Source: Dehalococcoidia bacterium
Lineage (GTDB): Bacteria; Chloroflexota; Dehalococcoidia; Lucifugimonadales; JADFKI01
Assembly: GCA_965242555.1 (NCBI GenBank)
Contig: CBDESO010000005.1
Location: 2,579 to 66,578, forward strand
Direction of reading: 5' to 3'
Length of the DNA stretch: 64,000 bases
Shown: piece by piece, positions 10,856 through 20,701 of the stretch
Position numbering within the stretch: position 1 is the stretch's first letter
Layout of the letters: each line of letters starts with the position of its first letter
Translations under genes and position numbers: made by a program
The notes under the pieces: generated by a model
What the model saw: the letters and a program-made list of their open reading frames with translations, nothing else
What the model was told of the DNA's origin: nothing
The model's database searches: none

Positions 10856-11293
10856 GTGATAGCGCAACTCTACTACGAAGACGTTGAAATCGGCGACGAC
10901 ATTGGCCCTCAGCAGCGGGTCGTGGACGTCCAACAAGTCCGCCGCTTTATGAGCGTCCGAGGCGGCAGCCCGGGCCCAAGCCGCTTTACCGACGACGACT
11001 TCGCCAAGTCCGAAGGGCTCGCCGGCGCCATCGTCCCCGGCGCTATGAACATCACCATTCTATCCCAGCTGCTGACCGGCTGGGCGGAAACCGTCCGCCT
11101 GCGAAAACTAGACGTGGTCTTTCGCGGAATGGTTCCCCACAACAAGCCCCTCACGCTCAGCGGCATCATCACCGACAAGGACATCGTTGACGGCGTCCCC
11201 CGCCTGGAATGCGACGTCTTTATGCTAAATGAAGAGGGCGTCCGCCTGGTCATCGGCAACGCCATCGTATCGCTGCCCCTGCGCCCGCAATAG
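10856..11293 (+). CDS. MaoC-family hotdog dehydratase (likely heterodimer partner)
   Basis: LYYEDVEIGD start, D.DFAK.EGL.GAIVPG motif; adjacent to complementary hotdog gene as in HadAB-type pairs. Confidence 0.8.
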   Translation: MIAQLYYEDVEIGDDIGPQQRVVDVQQVRRFMSVRGGSPGPSRFTDDDFAKSEGLAGAIVPGAMNITILSQLLTGWAETVRLRKLDVVFRGMVPHNKPLTLSGIITDKDIVDGVPRLECDVFMLNEEGVRLVIGNAIVSLPLRPQ

Positions 11294-11414
11294 CCCGCGC
11301 CCGCGCTACACACGGGGACACATCTAGCGGCGAAATGCGGATAAGCCAACAATAGCCCGCGCTATGTTGTCTTTGTCCTCATACGACATTTTGGGCAATG
11401 CCAATAGCCCGCGC
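11288..11414 (+). repeat. three spaced copies of CAATAGCCCGCGC
   Basis: Copies at 11288-11300 (contains the upstream gene's TAG), 11350-11362, 11402-11414. Confidence 0.75.
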
Positions 11415-11468
11415 AACCGCATACTTAATCCCCGCGCCACCTTGCCCGCGCATCCGCCGCATCGCCGC

Positions 11469-12278
11469 CTAATGCTCCATTATGCCGCCGCCGTCTATGT
11501 TGATGGACTGCCCGTGTATCCAAGACGCCGCGTCAGTGCATAGATACGCGGCGAATGCGCCAACCTCGTCGTCCGTTCCCGTCCTGCGTATCGGCAAGCC
11601 CGCCGCTATGCGCCGCCACGCCTCGCCCCTGCCTATGTCGTCCACCCGCGATGTGTCAACCGCGCCCGGACATACGCAGTTCACATTGATGTTATGCGGG
11701 CCGAGTTCGCGCGCCATTGATTGCGTCATCCCGACTTGCGCGAAACACGCCGCGCTGTACGCCAAGTTGTTCGCGCCGCCCGTCTTGCCCGACCCGGACG
11801 ATATGTTCACTATCTTGCCGCCGCCCTGCGCTATCATCGCGGGAACCACCGCCTTGGCGCACAGAAAAGTCCCGCGAACTTTCACATCCACCACCGCTTG
11901 AAACACCCGCTGATCCAACTCCCCGATAGCCACGCGATCCGGCCCCCGCGCGTAGGCGGCGTTGTTCACCAGTATGTCTATCCGCCCGAAATCCGCGAGG
12001 ACGCTATCCGCCATTCGCCTGACGCTATCGCTGTCGGCCACATCCACAATCAGCGGCAGCGCCCGCGATCCCTCCGCCCGGACCTGCTCCGCCGTACTAT
12101 CAATATCGCGCCAGCCTGCCGCTCGCTCATCCGGCGGATAGCGCTCAGGCGATCTGCCCGTTCCCGTGATTGCCACATCCGCGCCCAGCCGCGCCAGCGC
12201 CACGGCGGTCGCCCGCCCTATCCCGCGCAGGCGTCCCGCGCCCGTTACGATTGCCGCTTTGCCGCTAAGCTCGCCCAT
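11469..12278 (-). CDS. SDR family oxidoreductase, atypical active site (YxxxC)
   Basis: TGAGRLRGIG, NNAA, NISS, YSAAC, VNCVCPG; tandem paralog of next gene. Confidence 0.88.
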   Translation of the reverse strand: MGELSGKAAIVTGAGRLRGIGRATAVALARLGADVAITGTGRSPERYPPDERAAGWRDIDSTAEQVRAEGSRALPLIVDVADSDSVRRMADSVLADFGRIDILVNNAAYARGPDRVAIGELDQRVFQAVVDVKVRGTFLCAKAVVPAMIAQGGGKIVNISSGSGKTGGANNLAYSAACFAQVGMTQSMARELGPHNINVNCVCPGAVDTSRVDDIGRGEAWRRIAAGLPIRRTGTDDEVGAFAAYLCTDAASWIHGQSINIDGGGIMEH

Positions 12279-12393
12279 ATGCCTTGCCCTGACGTCTTAT
12301 CCCGCCGACTTGCGGCGCGCCCGGTTGCCTTAGCCCTCAAAGGCAGTCGGAACGCGCCGCGCCGCATTGCCGTTGCTTGTCGCCGCTGCCCGC

Positions 12394-13206
12394 CTAATGC
12401 TCCATCACCGTGCCGCCGTTGATGTTGATGGACTGCCCGTGTATCCAAGACGCCGCGTCCGAACACAGGTAGGCAACGAAAGCGCCCACCTCGTCGTCAG
12501 TCCCGTTTCTGCCTATGGGCGTTGTGGACGCCATCTGAACCCAGCGGGTATCGCGGTCGATGTCGTCCATGCGATGGGTGTCCACCGCGCCCGGACATAC
12601 GCAGTTCACATTGATGCCGTGAGGCCCAAGCTCGCGCGCCATAGATTGCGTCATGCCGACCAGCGCGAAGTTGGATGCGTTGTAGGCGAGCGTGTTTTCG
12701 CTGCCGCGCTTGCCCGCGGTGGACGAGATGTTCACTATCTTGCCGCCCTCGCCGCGCTCAATCATATGCTCTATGACCGCCTTGGTGCATAGGAAAGTCC
12801 CCGTGATTTTGATGTCCACGACGCGCTGGAAAATGTCCTGCGGCAGGTCAAGGATAGGCACCCTATCCGGGCCTCGCGCGAAAGCCGCGTTGTTGATAAG
12901 CACATCCACGCGCCCGAACTCCTCCAGCGTCCTGTCCACCATCTTCTGCACATCGTCGGCGCTGGACACATCCACGGTCAGCGTAAGCGCGCGCCTGCCT
13001 TTGGCGCGAACCTGCTCCGCCGTGCTTTCAACGTCGCGCCAGCCCACCGCCTTTTCGTCCGGCGGATACCTGTCCGGCGACCTGCCCGTCCCCGTAACCA
13101 CCACATCCGCGCCCATTCGCGCCAGCTCCACCGCCGCCGCCCTGCCTATCCCCCTCAGCCGTCCCGCGCCCGTCACGATTGCGACTTTCCCGTCAAGATC
13201 GCCCAT
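12394..13206 (-). CDS. SDR family oxidoreductase, atypical active site (YxxxN)
   Basis: TGAGRLRGIG, NNAA, NISS, YNASN, VNCVCPG. Confidence 0.88.
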   Translation of the reverse strand: MGDLDGKVAIVTGAGRLRGIGRAAAVELARMGADVVVTGTGRSPDRYPPDEKAVGWRDVESTAEQVRAKGRRALTLTVDVSSADDVQKMVDRTLEEFGRVDVLINNAAFARGPDRVPILDLPQDIFQRVVDIKITGTFLCTKAVIEHMIERGEGGKIVNISSTAGKRGSENTLAYNASNFALVGMTQSMARELGPHGINVNCVCPGAVDTHRMDDIDRDTRWVQMASTTPIGRNGTDDEVGAFVAYLCSDAASWIHGQSININGGTVMEH

Positions 13207-13271
13207 TCGTCTGCCGTCCTTTCACTCTTGCGTTGCAAATGCCCGATAGCCGTTTATAGTTTTCCCAATAA

Positions 13272-13988
13272 TTATTGCCGCGCCTCTGATGGCTTATCCC
13301 CGCTAGGATCATCCCCCCCAAGCCTACCCCGCAGCCACCCCCTCAGCATCCCGTAAAGCTCATCCTCGCACTCCGCCAGCCCATGCTCGGCGCCGGGATA
13401 TATCACCAGCTCTTTCGGCTCTTGCGCCCATTCGTATATGAGCTCGGAGCAGCGCGGCGGCAGGCGGCTGTCGGCGCCGCCGTGCGCCAGCAGCAGGGGC
13501 CGGGGGGATACCGCCGCCGCGTTGGACGCGCCGAACGTCTGCGGCGACAGCGCCGCCACCGCTTTCACCAGCGGGCTGAACGGCGCGGCGGCTATCACCA
13601 CGGCGCCCCCGAATGAGTGACCCACAAGCGCCACTTCGGTATGCCCGGTGGCGCTCAAAAACGATATGCCCGCCATTGTGTCAAGAACGCACTCAGTCAG
13701 GTTGTTCGGCAGCCGGTAATCCACCCGTATGGAGGTAATCTCGTCTTTCAGATCCTCCGCCAGCCTGCCGTATATGCCGCCCGCGGGCCCGTCAAAGCCG
13801 CCGCGCGCTCCCCACACGAACACTATCCCCTTAGTAGGCCGCCGCTCCGCGCTCGCGTTGCTATGCGCGATGGCGTGGATGTCCCCGCGCGTGGTATGCA
13901 GCAGCAAGCCTTCGCCGAACTGGCCCTGCGGCGGATGCCAGCGGCTCACATCCTCGATCTGTATGGATAGGTCTTCGCTTGTCGTCAT
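13272..13988 (-). CDS. alpha/beta hydrolase (dienelactone-hydrolase-like)
   Basis: GHSFGG nucleophile, HGGAD acid, YPGAEH His. Confidence 0.85.
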   Translation of the reverse strand: MTTSEDLSIQIEDVSRWHPPQGQFGEGLLLHTTRGDIHAIAHSNASAERRPTKGIVFVWGARGGFDGPAGGIYGRLAEDLKDEITSIRVDYRLPNNLTECVLDTMAGISFLSATGHTEVALVGHSFGGAVVIAAAPFSPLVKAVAALSPQTFGASNAAAVSPRPLLLAHGGADSRLPPRCSELIYEWAQEPKELVIYPGAEHGLAECEDELYGMLRGWLRGRLGGDDPSGDKPSEARQ

Positions 13989-14022
13989 CCTGCTCGTCCG
14001 CCTGCGCCTGGTCGCATCCCGC

Positions 14023-15552
14023 CTAGTCGTCGCCCGAAGACGCCGCCGCCCCCGCGGAGCGCGCCTCTTCGGTCTCGCTGTGCGGCTTGTGGAAGAACGC
14101 GATTATCCCGCCCGTCAGCATCGTCAGCACTACCATCATCGCCGCCGTCTGAAAGCCCTGGAAGTAGTACGGCATCGCCAGATGCAGCGCGAGCGCGCCT
14201 ATCCCCGCCGGCAATACCATCGCAAGCGCCGTCGCCGACACCGTGGATCCCAGCGCATGCCCCAACTCCCGCGTGGTCTCAAGCATCCCCGAGGCGAACC
14301 CTCTGTTTTCCAGCGACAGCGAGCTCATTATCATCGCGTTGTTCACCGGATTGAACACCGACGTCCCCAGCGATATGGGCAGCATCAGCAGCGGTATCCC
14401 CCATATCGGCACTTGGCTGGCGAACAGCCCCAGCATCACGAACCCGAATGCGATCCCCATCATAGACGCCGGCCGCAGGAATTTCGGCTGATACCTGTCG
14501 TATATCCAGCCCGCCGTGAATGTCAGCGCCAGCCCTATCAACTGGTTGGGCAGCAGCACTAGCGGCACCCATATCGGATCCTTGTTGAACCCCAGCTCAA
14601 CCAGTATCGGCACAAGCGTCATCGTGGCGAGCATTGAGAAGTGAAATGTCACATTGGACACAAGCGCCAGCGAGAAGTATTTCTGCTTGAAGTGGCGCAG
14701 TTCCACGACCGGATTGCGAACCCGCCGCTCCACCATTATGAACGCGCCCAGCAGCAGCGCCGCCAGCAGATACATCCCCCCGTGATAGATGACGCCCTGC
14801 TCGCTGATGTACGACTCCTCCCCCCCGTGCAGATGCGCGCCCGCCAGCAGAAACACGATTGCGGTCCCAACCAGCAATACGCCACCGCCGATGTCAACCG
14901 GCTCTTTTGAGGTAACCGAGCCGCCCTGCCGCAGCATCCGCATCATCGGCAGGGACACCGCGATAGCCAGTATGCCCATCGGCACGAATGTCAGGAACAC
15001 GAACCGCCAGCTCAGGTATTGCAGGAACACCGCGAACAGCATCAGCCCGACCAGCGTCCCGAACCGCGCGCCCATTATGGGAACCGAAAACGCGCGCCCG
15101 CGCTCATGCGCCGGAAACGCCGCCGCCAGTATCGCGTTGGCGTTCCCCATTATCATCGCCGACCCAAGCCCGGTCAGCCCGCGCCATATCACCACTTGCA
15201 GCAGGCTGCCCGACATGCTGATGAGAACCGACCCCACCGTGGACAGCAGCAGCCCCGCGAAGAACACCCGCGCATGCCCGTATCTATCCCCCAGACGCGC
15301 CGCCAGCATCACGAAAGCGCCCAGCGTCAGCAGATATATCACCACCAGCCACGCCGCGTCGTCAACGCCCGTCCCGAAATACTCCGCCAGCGTAGGCAGC
15401 GACAGCGCCACCGGCAGGCTTGACAGCTGCACCAGCATATACGCCGAAGACAGCGCGATAAGCACGGAGCGTTTCTCCGCGGTCGTCAGCAGCGGCGCTA
15501 ATACCGCGCGAATGCCCATAATGCCTCTTGCCCTCTCGCTTATCGCCCGCAT
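14023..15552 (-). CDS. MFS transporter (DHA2-like)
   Basis: ARLGDRYG motif A, WR..F, many TM helices; alternative start at 15519. Confidence 0.88.
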   Translation of the reverse strand: MRAISERARGIMGIRAVLAPLLTTAEKRSVLIALSSAYMLVQLSSLPVALSLPTLAEYFGTGVDDAAWLVVIYLLTLGAFVMLAARLGDRYGHARVFFAGLLLSTVGSVLISMSGSLLQVVIWRGLTGLGSAMIMGNANAILAAAFPAHERGRAFSVPIMGARFGTLVGLMLFAVFLQYLSWRFVFLTFVPMGILAIAVSLPMMRMLRQGGSVTSKEPVDIGGGVLLVGTAIVFLLAGAHLHGGEESYISEQGVIYHGGMYLLAALLLGAFIMVERRVRNPVVELRHFKQKYFSLALVSNVTFHFSMLATMTLVPILVELGFNKDPIWVPLVLLPNQLIGLALTFTAGWIYDRYQPKFLRPASMMGIAFGFVMLGLFASQVPIWGIPLLMLPISLGTSVFNPVNNAMIMSSLSLENRGFASGMLETTRELGHALGSTVSATALAMVLPAGIGALALHLAMPYYFQGFQTAAMMVVLTMLTGGIIAFFHKPHSETEEARSAGAAASSGDD

Positions 15553-15761
15553 GCGCGCCCGCCTAGATTGCGCCGCGCCGCTGACGCCGATTTGCTATCA
15601 ACGAACTATACCATAAACATATCCCCCTTGACACCCGCTTATATCCTGGATATTTTAGATGCGAACAAATAGTTCATATCCGAAAGTTTGCTACTTTTGC
15701 ACAAAAGCGAGCGCGGCTGCCGCAATCTACCGATATGCAGCCAAAATGCTATACTATCCCA

Positions 15762-16886
15762 ATGGAATCCAATCAGCTCAAATACTGGGTGGCGTTCAGC
15801 CGCATCAAGGGGATTGGCAGGGCGCGGTTCAAGCTGCTGGAGCGCGGCTTTGACTCTGTGCAGGAGGCGTGGGGCGCGAGCGAGGGCAAGTTGCGCGCGG
15901 CGGGGCTTGACAGGCGCAGCGCCAACGCCATCGTCAGCGGCAGGCATGCGGTCAATCCCGACGCCGAGATGGAGCGGCTGGCGCTGTCAGGCGTCCGCGC
16001 GCTCACATGGCACGACGACGAGTATCCGCCGCGCCTCAAGCAGATATACGACCTGCCGCCGCTGCTCTACATCAAGGGCAGCCTCGCGCCCGAAGACGAA
16101 AGCTCAATCGCGGTGGTCGGCACGCGCAAGCCCTCGCCCTACGGCCGCCAAGTCGCCGAGCGGCTGGCGGGCGATATTGCCGCGTCGGGCGTCGCCATAG
16201 TCAGCGGCCTTGCGCGCGGCGTGGACGGCATTGCCCATACCGCCGCCCTGGACGCCGCCAATCGCACCATCGCCGTGCTGGGCAGCGGCTTAGATGTCAT
16301 CTACCCGCCCGAACACCGCAACCTCGCCGAGCGCATAGCCGCTAACGGCGCGATAATCTCCGAGCATCCGCTTGGCGCAAAGCCCGATTCCCGCAACTTC
16401 CCGCGCCGAAACCGCATTATGAGCGGCATGACGCTCGGCACGCTTGTCATAGAGGCGGGCGAAAAGAGCGGCGCGCTCATCACCGCAAAGCAGGCGCTGG
16501 AGGAAAACCGGGAAGTCTTCGCCGTGCCGGGCAACATATTCGCGCCCAGCAGCGCCGGCGCTAACCGCCTCATCAGGCAATCCGGCGCCAAACTGGTTGC
16601 CACATGCGAGGATGTGCTAGAAGAATTAAATCTCAAAGTGGTCGCCCAGCAGATCCAAATGACCGCGCTATTCCCCGAAGACGACGCCGAAACCGAACTG
16701 CTCCGCTACATCACCTTTGACCCGGTTCACATAGACGAAGTGTGCCGCAGCTCCGGCAAGGCCGCGTCCGACGTCAGTAGCGCGCTTGCGATGATGGAAC
16801 TCAAGGGCTTGGTCAAGCAAGTCGGCGGCATGAACTACATCCGATTGCGGGAATCGCGCGCCGAATACGCCGCGAACCCGACCTAA
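15762..16886 (+). CDS. dprA: DNA-processing protein DprA
   Basis: YP..L..IYD.PP.LY.KG, AVVGTR, VSGLARGVD, FPRRNRI, SGALITA; start at 15762 just after extended -10 TGcTATACT; upstream of topA. Confidence 0.96.
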   Translation: MESNQLKYWVAFSRIKGIGRARFKLLERGFDSVQEAWGASEGKLRAAGLDRRSANAIVSGRHAVNPDAEMERLALSGVRALTWHDDEYPPRLKQIYDLPPLLYIKGSLAPEDESSIAVVGTRKPSPYGRQVAERLAGDIAASGVAIVSGLARGVDGIAHTAALDAANRTIAVLGSGLDVIYPPEHRNLAERIAANGAIISEHPLGAKPDSRNFPRRNRIMSGMTLGTLVIEAGEKSGALITAKQALEENREVFAVPGNIFAPSSAGANRLIRQSGAKLVATCEDVLEELNLKVVAQQIQMTALFPEDDAETELLRYITFDPVHIDEVCRSSGKAASDVSSALAMMELKGLVKQVGGMNYIRLRESRAEYAANPT

Positions 16887-17167
16887 TAGATAGCCGTAAT
16901 GTATAGCAACGCAAGCGCCGCCTATGCAAGAATATATCCGAAAAGGGCAAGCGCGCATCCCGCGAGCGTTGCGACATCTTGCATCCGCAGCCGCGCCCGC
17001 ATTAAATTCTATCAAACCGCAAGCGCGAACTTAGGGAATTCGCTTACGCATCCCCAAATCTCGCGCATATTTAGGCGCGCCGCCGCTGTCAAATCTGATA
17101 CACTTGCTTACCCGCGCAACGCATAACGCGCAACGCATAACAAGACAAAACAACGCGAGAAGAAAGA

Positions 17168-19366
17168 ATGGCAAAAGATCTAGTAGTAGTAGAATCGCCC
17201 GCAAAAGCGCGAACCGTGGGGCGCTTTCTTGGCGACGACTTCACCACGCTCGCCTCTATCGGGCATGTGCGCGACTTGGAAAACAAGAAAAAGCGCGGAT
17301 CGGACGGCGTGCAGGGCGTCAGCATTGACGAAAAGGGCTTTCACCCAACCTACGCCGTGCTGCCCGAAAAGCAGAAAGTCATATCCGAACTGCGAAAGGC
17401 GTCCCGCGCCGCCCAGACCGTCTATCTGGCTACCGACCCCGACCGCGAGGGCGAGGCTATCTCTTGGCATCTGCTTAACGCCGCCAAGATAGCGCCGTCC
17501 AAAGTCAAGCGCGTGGTGTTTCACGAAATCACCAAAGAGGCGATTGACGAGGCGTTCAATCACCCGCGCGAGCTGGACTACAACCTGATAGACGCCTACC
17601 AGGCGCGCCGCATCCTAGACAGGCTTGTCGGCTATCGCCTGAGCCCCGTGCTGTGGAGCAAGGTGCGGCGCGGGCTGTCCGCCGGGCGCGTCCAATCGGT
17701 GGCGCTGCGCCTCATCGTTGACCGCGAGCGCGAAATCCAAGCATTCGTCCCCGAAGAGTACTGGACGATTGACGCCAACCTAGCCAAGCGCGCCGACGCC
17801 GCCAACAAGAACCCCATCACATTCAAGGCGGCGCTGCGCTCGCTTAAAGGCGAAAAGCGTATCAAAATCCCCGACGCCGAGCGCGCCAACGCGATTACGT
17901 CCGACCTTGAGGGCGCGGAATACGCGGTGGATTCGGTTCGCAAGCGCGAGACGCGCCGACGGCCTGCGCCGCCGTTCATCACCTCAACGATGCAGCAAGA
18001 GGCGTCGCGCAAGCTGCGTTTCACCGCGCGCCGCGCGATGCAGGTCGCCCAGCAGCTCTATGAGGGCTTGGCGATTGGCGATGAGGGCTCCGTCGGCTTG
18101 ATAACCTATATGCGGACGGACTCCACCAACGTCGCCGCGGGCGCGCTCGCTGAGGCAAACGGCTACATACGCGCCAAGTTCGGCGCCGACTACGCGCCCA
18201 AATCGCCGCGCGTCTATACCCGAAAAGTCAAGGGCGCGCAGGAGGCGCACGAGGCGATACGCCCCACCTCCATACTGAGAGCCCCGGATGAAATCCGCCG
18301 CTACCTAAACCACGACCAGTTCCGCCTCTACGACCTTATCTGGAAACGCATGCTCGCCAGCCAGATGACAGACGCCGTCTTCGACTCCACCCGCGTGGAC
18401 ATCGCCGCGCGCAGCGTCCTCAGCGACAACCGCTATGAATTTCGCGCGTCCGGCTCAGTGCTAAAATTCGCGGGCTTTCGCACGCTGTATATGGAGGGCG
18501 ACGACGACTCCGCCGCCGGCGCCGACGAAGACTCGCCGCCGCTGCCCGATCTCAGCAAGGGCGACGCCCTGGACTGCCTAGCCGTGTTGCCCGGCCAGCA
18601 CTTCACCCAGCCGCCGCCGCGCTACACAGAGCCGCGCCTAATCAGCGCCCTCGAAGAGCAGGGCATCGGCAGGCCCAGCACATACGCCTCCATTATGGCC
18701 ACCATTGAGCGCCGAAACTATGTCAGCAAAGAAAGGCGGCATTTCGTCCCCACGAAACTGGGCATTGCCGTTACCGATTTCCTCAAGCCGAACTTCCCTG
18801 ACATTATGAGCGTGGGCTTTACCGCGATGATGGAAGAGCAGCTGGACAACATAGCCGAGGGGCAGCGCAAGTGGGAGCCGGTTCTGCAAGACTTCTACGC
18901 GCCGTTTGACCAGTCCATAGAGCGCACAATGCGCGAGGCGGATAGAGTGCCGCGCGAACTCATTGACGAAGAGACCGACGAGTTCTGCGAAATGTGCGAG
19001 CGCCCTATGGTCATCAAGACAAGCCGCTACGGCCCTTTTATGTCTTGCAGCGGATTTCCTGAGTGCAAGAACAGCAAGCCCATCGTCAAGCGCGCGGGCG
19101 TGGACTGCCCAAAATGCGGCAGCGATCTGCTTGAGCGCAAGCGGCGCAAGCCCGGCGGACGCGGCAACCGCACATTCTACGGCTGCGCCGCCTACCCCGA
19201 CTGCGATTTTGCCGTCCAGCAGCGCCCCATCCCGACGCCCTGCCCCGACTGCGGCGGCTTGCTAGTGGCAACGCGCCGCCCAAACGCGCGCTGCGTCAAA
19301 GAAGAGTGCGGGTTCAAGGGCCCCGTGGAGCAGCGGGAAGAAGAGTTGGAAACCGCCGCGGGATAG
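17168..19366 (+). CDS. topA: DNA topoisomerase I
   Basis: VVESPAKA, LATDPDREGEAI, SAGRVQS, catalytic LITYMRTDS, GIGRPSTYA, C-terminal Cys4 zinc ribbons. Confidence 0.98.
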   Translation: MAKDLVVVESPAKARTVGRFLGDDFTTLASIGHVRDLENKKKRGSDGVQGVSIDEKGFHPTYAVLPEKQKVISELRKASRAAQTVYLATDPDREGEAISWHLLNAAKIAPSKVKRVVFHEITKEAIDEAFNHPRELDYNLIDAYQARRILDRLVGYRLSPVLWSKVRRGLSAGRVQSVALRLIVDREREIQAFVPEEYWTIDANLAKRADAANKNPITFKAALRSLKGEKRIKIPDAERANAITSDLEGAEYAVDSVRKRETRRRPAPPFITSTMQQEASRKLRFTARRAMQVAQQLYEGLAIGDEGSVGLITYMRTDSTNVAAGALAEANGYIRAKFGADYAPKSPRVYTRKVKGAQEAHEAIRPTSILRAPDEIRRYLNHDQFRLYDLIWKRMLASQMTDAVFDSTRVDIAARSVLSDNRYEFRASGSVLKFAGFRTLYMEGDDDSAAGADEDSPPLPDLSKGDALDCLAVLPGQHFTQPPPRYTEPRLISALEEQGIGRPSTYASIMATIERRNYVSKERRHFVPTKLGIAVTDFLKPNFPDIMSVGFTAMMEEQLDNIAEGQRKWEPVLQDFYAPFDQSIERTMREADRVPRELIDEETDEFCEMCERPMVIKTSRYGPFMSCSGFPECKNSKPIVKRAGVDCPKCGSDLLERKRRKPGGRGNRTFYGCAAYPDCDFAVQQRPIPTPCPDCGGLLVATRRPNARCVKEECGFKGPVEQREEELETAAG

Positions 19367-19425
19367 GCTTGCCCCTGGTTCGGGATAGGCTTGCCTCTGG
19401 TTTGGGATAGGCTTGCCCCCGGTTC
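19360..19425 (+). repeat. 3 x 22-bp tandem repeat starting in the topA 3' end
   Basis: GGGATAGGCTTGCCCCTGGTTC / GGGATAGGCTTGCCTCTGGTTT / GGGATAGGCTTGCCCCCGGTTC, no spacers. Confidence 0.9.
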
Positions 19426-19437
19426 GGGCTATCAGGC

Positions 19438-20532
19438 TTAGCCCTGCGCCTGCCCGTCGGCGTCATCCTGCGGATGCGCCTCGGACATCCGCGCCCGCGC
19501 CCGTTGGCTTAGCGCGCGCAGCTCGCGTATGGACGCCAGCCCCTCGCGCGGCAGAAACGCCGCCGCTACCGCTATCGGCGGCAAGAACAAGACCGCATGC
19601 AGCGCCAGCGAAAACGCTATCGCATGCTCCTGCTCTATCCCCCAAAAGCCCAGTATCGTCAGCGCCGCGAACTCAAACGTCCCCAAGGACATAGGCAATC
19701 CCGGCACCGTGCTGCTGAAAAAGGTTATGCCCAGCGTTATCACTATCATAGAGGGCGCGCTTATCTCTATGCCGGTGGCAAGCGCCACAAGCCAGCCCGC
19801 GCCGCCTATCATCGCCGCCTGCGCCACCGATATGGCGAATGCCGCAAGCGTGCGGCGCTTTTCGCGGCGCAGCAGCGCGATCGCCGAGGCGAACTGCGGC
19901 GCTATCTGCGTCTGCGATAGGATGGGTATGTGCCGCAGCAGCGATCCCGCGCTGAACAGCAGCGCAAGGCATATCACGCCCAGCAGCACGCCCAGCGCCA
20001 GCAACGGCCAGAACGGGCGCAATTGAACCAACAGCAGTGCGCCGCCGCCCAGCAGCAATACCGTCGCCGCGAACTCCAGCGTCCGCTGCAGCGCAAGCGT
20101 GGCTAGGATTGTCCCCAAGTTAAGCTTGTCTCGCAGCGCGAGTATGCCCACTTCAATGATTTCGTCCAGCACCCGCAGAGGGCTCAGCGTGTCAAGCGCG
20201 GTTCCCGCCTGTTCCACCAGGAACAGCCGCATTGCGCTCGTCTTCGGGTTTTGCAGCAGCAGCTGCCAGCGCGCGCCGCGCAGATACGCCGCCGCCAGCA
20301 CAAGCCCCGCCGCCGCCAGCAGCAGCGCCGGGTTGGCGGATGTCAGCGAAGACGCCAGCGCGTCCCAATGAATGTTGCTCAGCGCCAGCCAGCCCAGCAG
20401 CCCGCCCAGCGCGGACGCCAGCGCCACATAGCCTATCAGCAGCGCCTTGCTGAGATAGGCAGGCCTGCCCGGCCTATCCGCGCCGGGCGGACGCGCGGCA
20501 TGCCGGCGCTCTAACTTAGCCTCGTCGTAAAT
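19438..20532 (-). CDS. lysylphosphatidylglycerol-synthase TM domain / UPF0104 flippase-like membrane protein
   Basis: LRGARWQLLL, P.R..E, PG...LGTFE motifs, polytopic; first canonical start is GTG 20427 but the frame is open to an ATT at 20532 behind GGAGGAGG. Confidence 0.75.
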   Translation of the reverse strand: MYDEAKLERRHAARPPGADRPGRPAYLSKALLIGYVALASALGGLLGWLALSNIHWDALASSLTSANPALLLAAAGLVLAAAYLRGARWQLLLQNPKTSAMRLFLVEQAGTALDTLSPLRVLDEIIEVGILALRDKLNLGTILATLALQRTLEFAATVLLLGGGALLLVQLRPFWPLLALGVLLGVICLALLFSAGSLLRHIPILSQTQIAPQFASAIALLRREKRRTLAAFAISVAQAAMIGGAGWLVALATGIEISAPSMIVITLGITFFSSTVPGLPMSLGTFEFAALTILGFWGIEQEHAIAFSLALHAVLFLPPIAVAAAFLPREGLASIRELRALSQRARARMSEAHPQDDADGQAQG

Positions 20533-20701
20533 CGCGCGCCTCCTCCCAATTGTCTAGCGGCATAGCATAGCCCCCCGCGCATTCTCGCGCCGCGCTCTTA
20601 TGCAATCTTGCGCGCCTTGTACACATATGGGGCGCAATTCGGGGGCAAATCCCATCTCCCATAGTGTAGCGTATATCATACATACATCTATGGCGCGGGC
20701 G

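Noticed and set aside
15662-15676. LexA (GAAC-N4-GTTC) box upstream of dprA
   Set aside because: Spacing is N5 (GAACaaataGTTC).
19360-19425. CRISPR array (also considered for 11288-11414 and 59341-59460)
   Set aside because: Units are contiguous or too short, lack regular unique spacers, and no cas genes are present.
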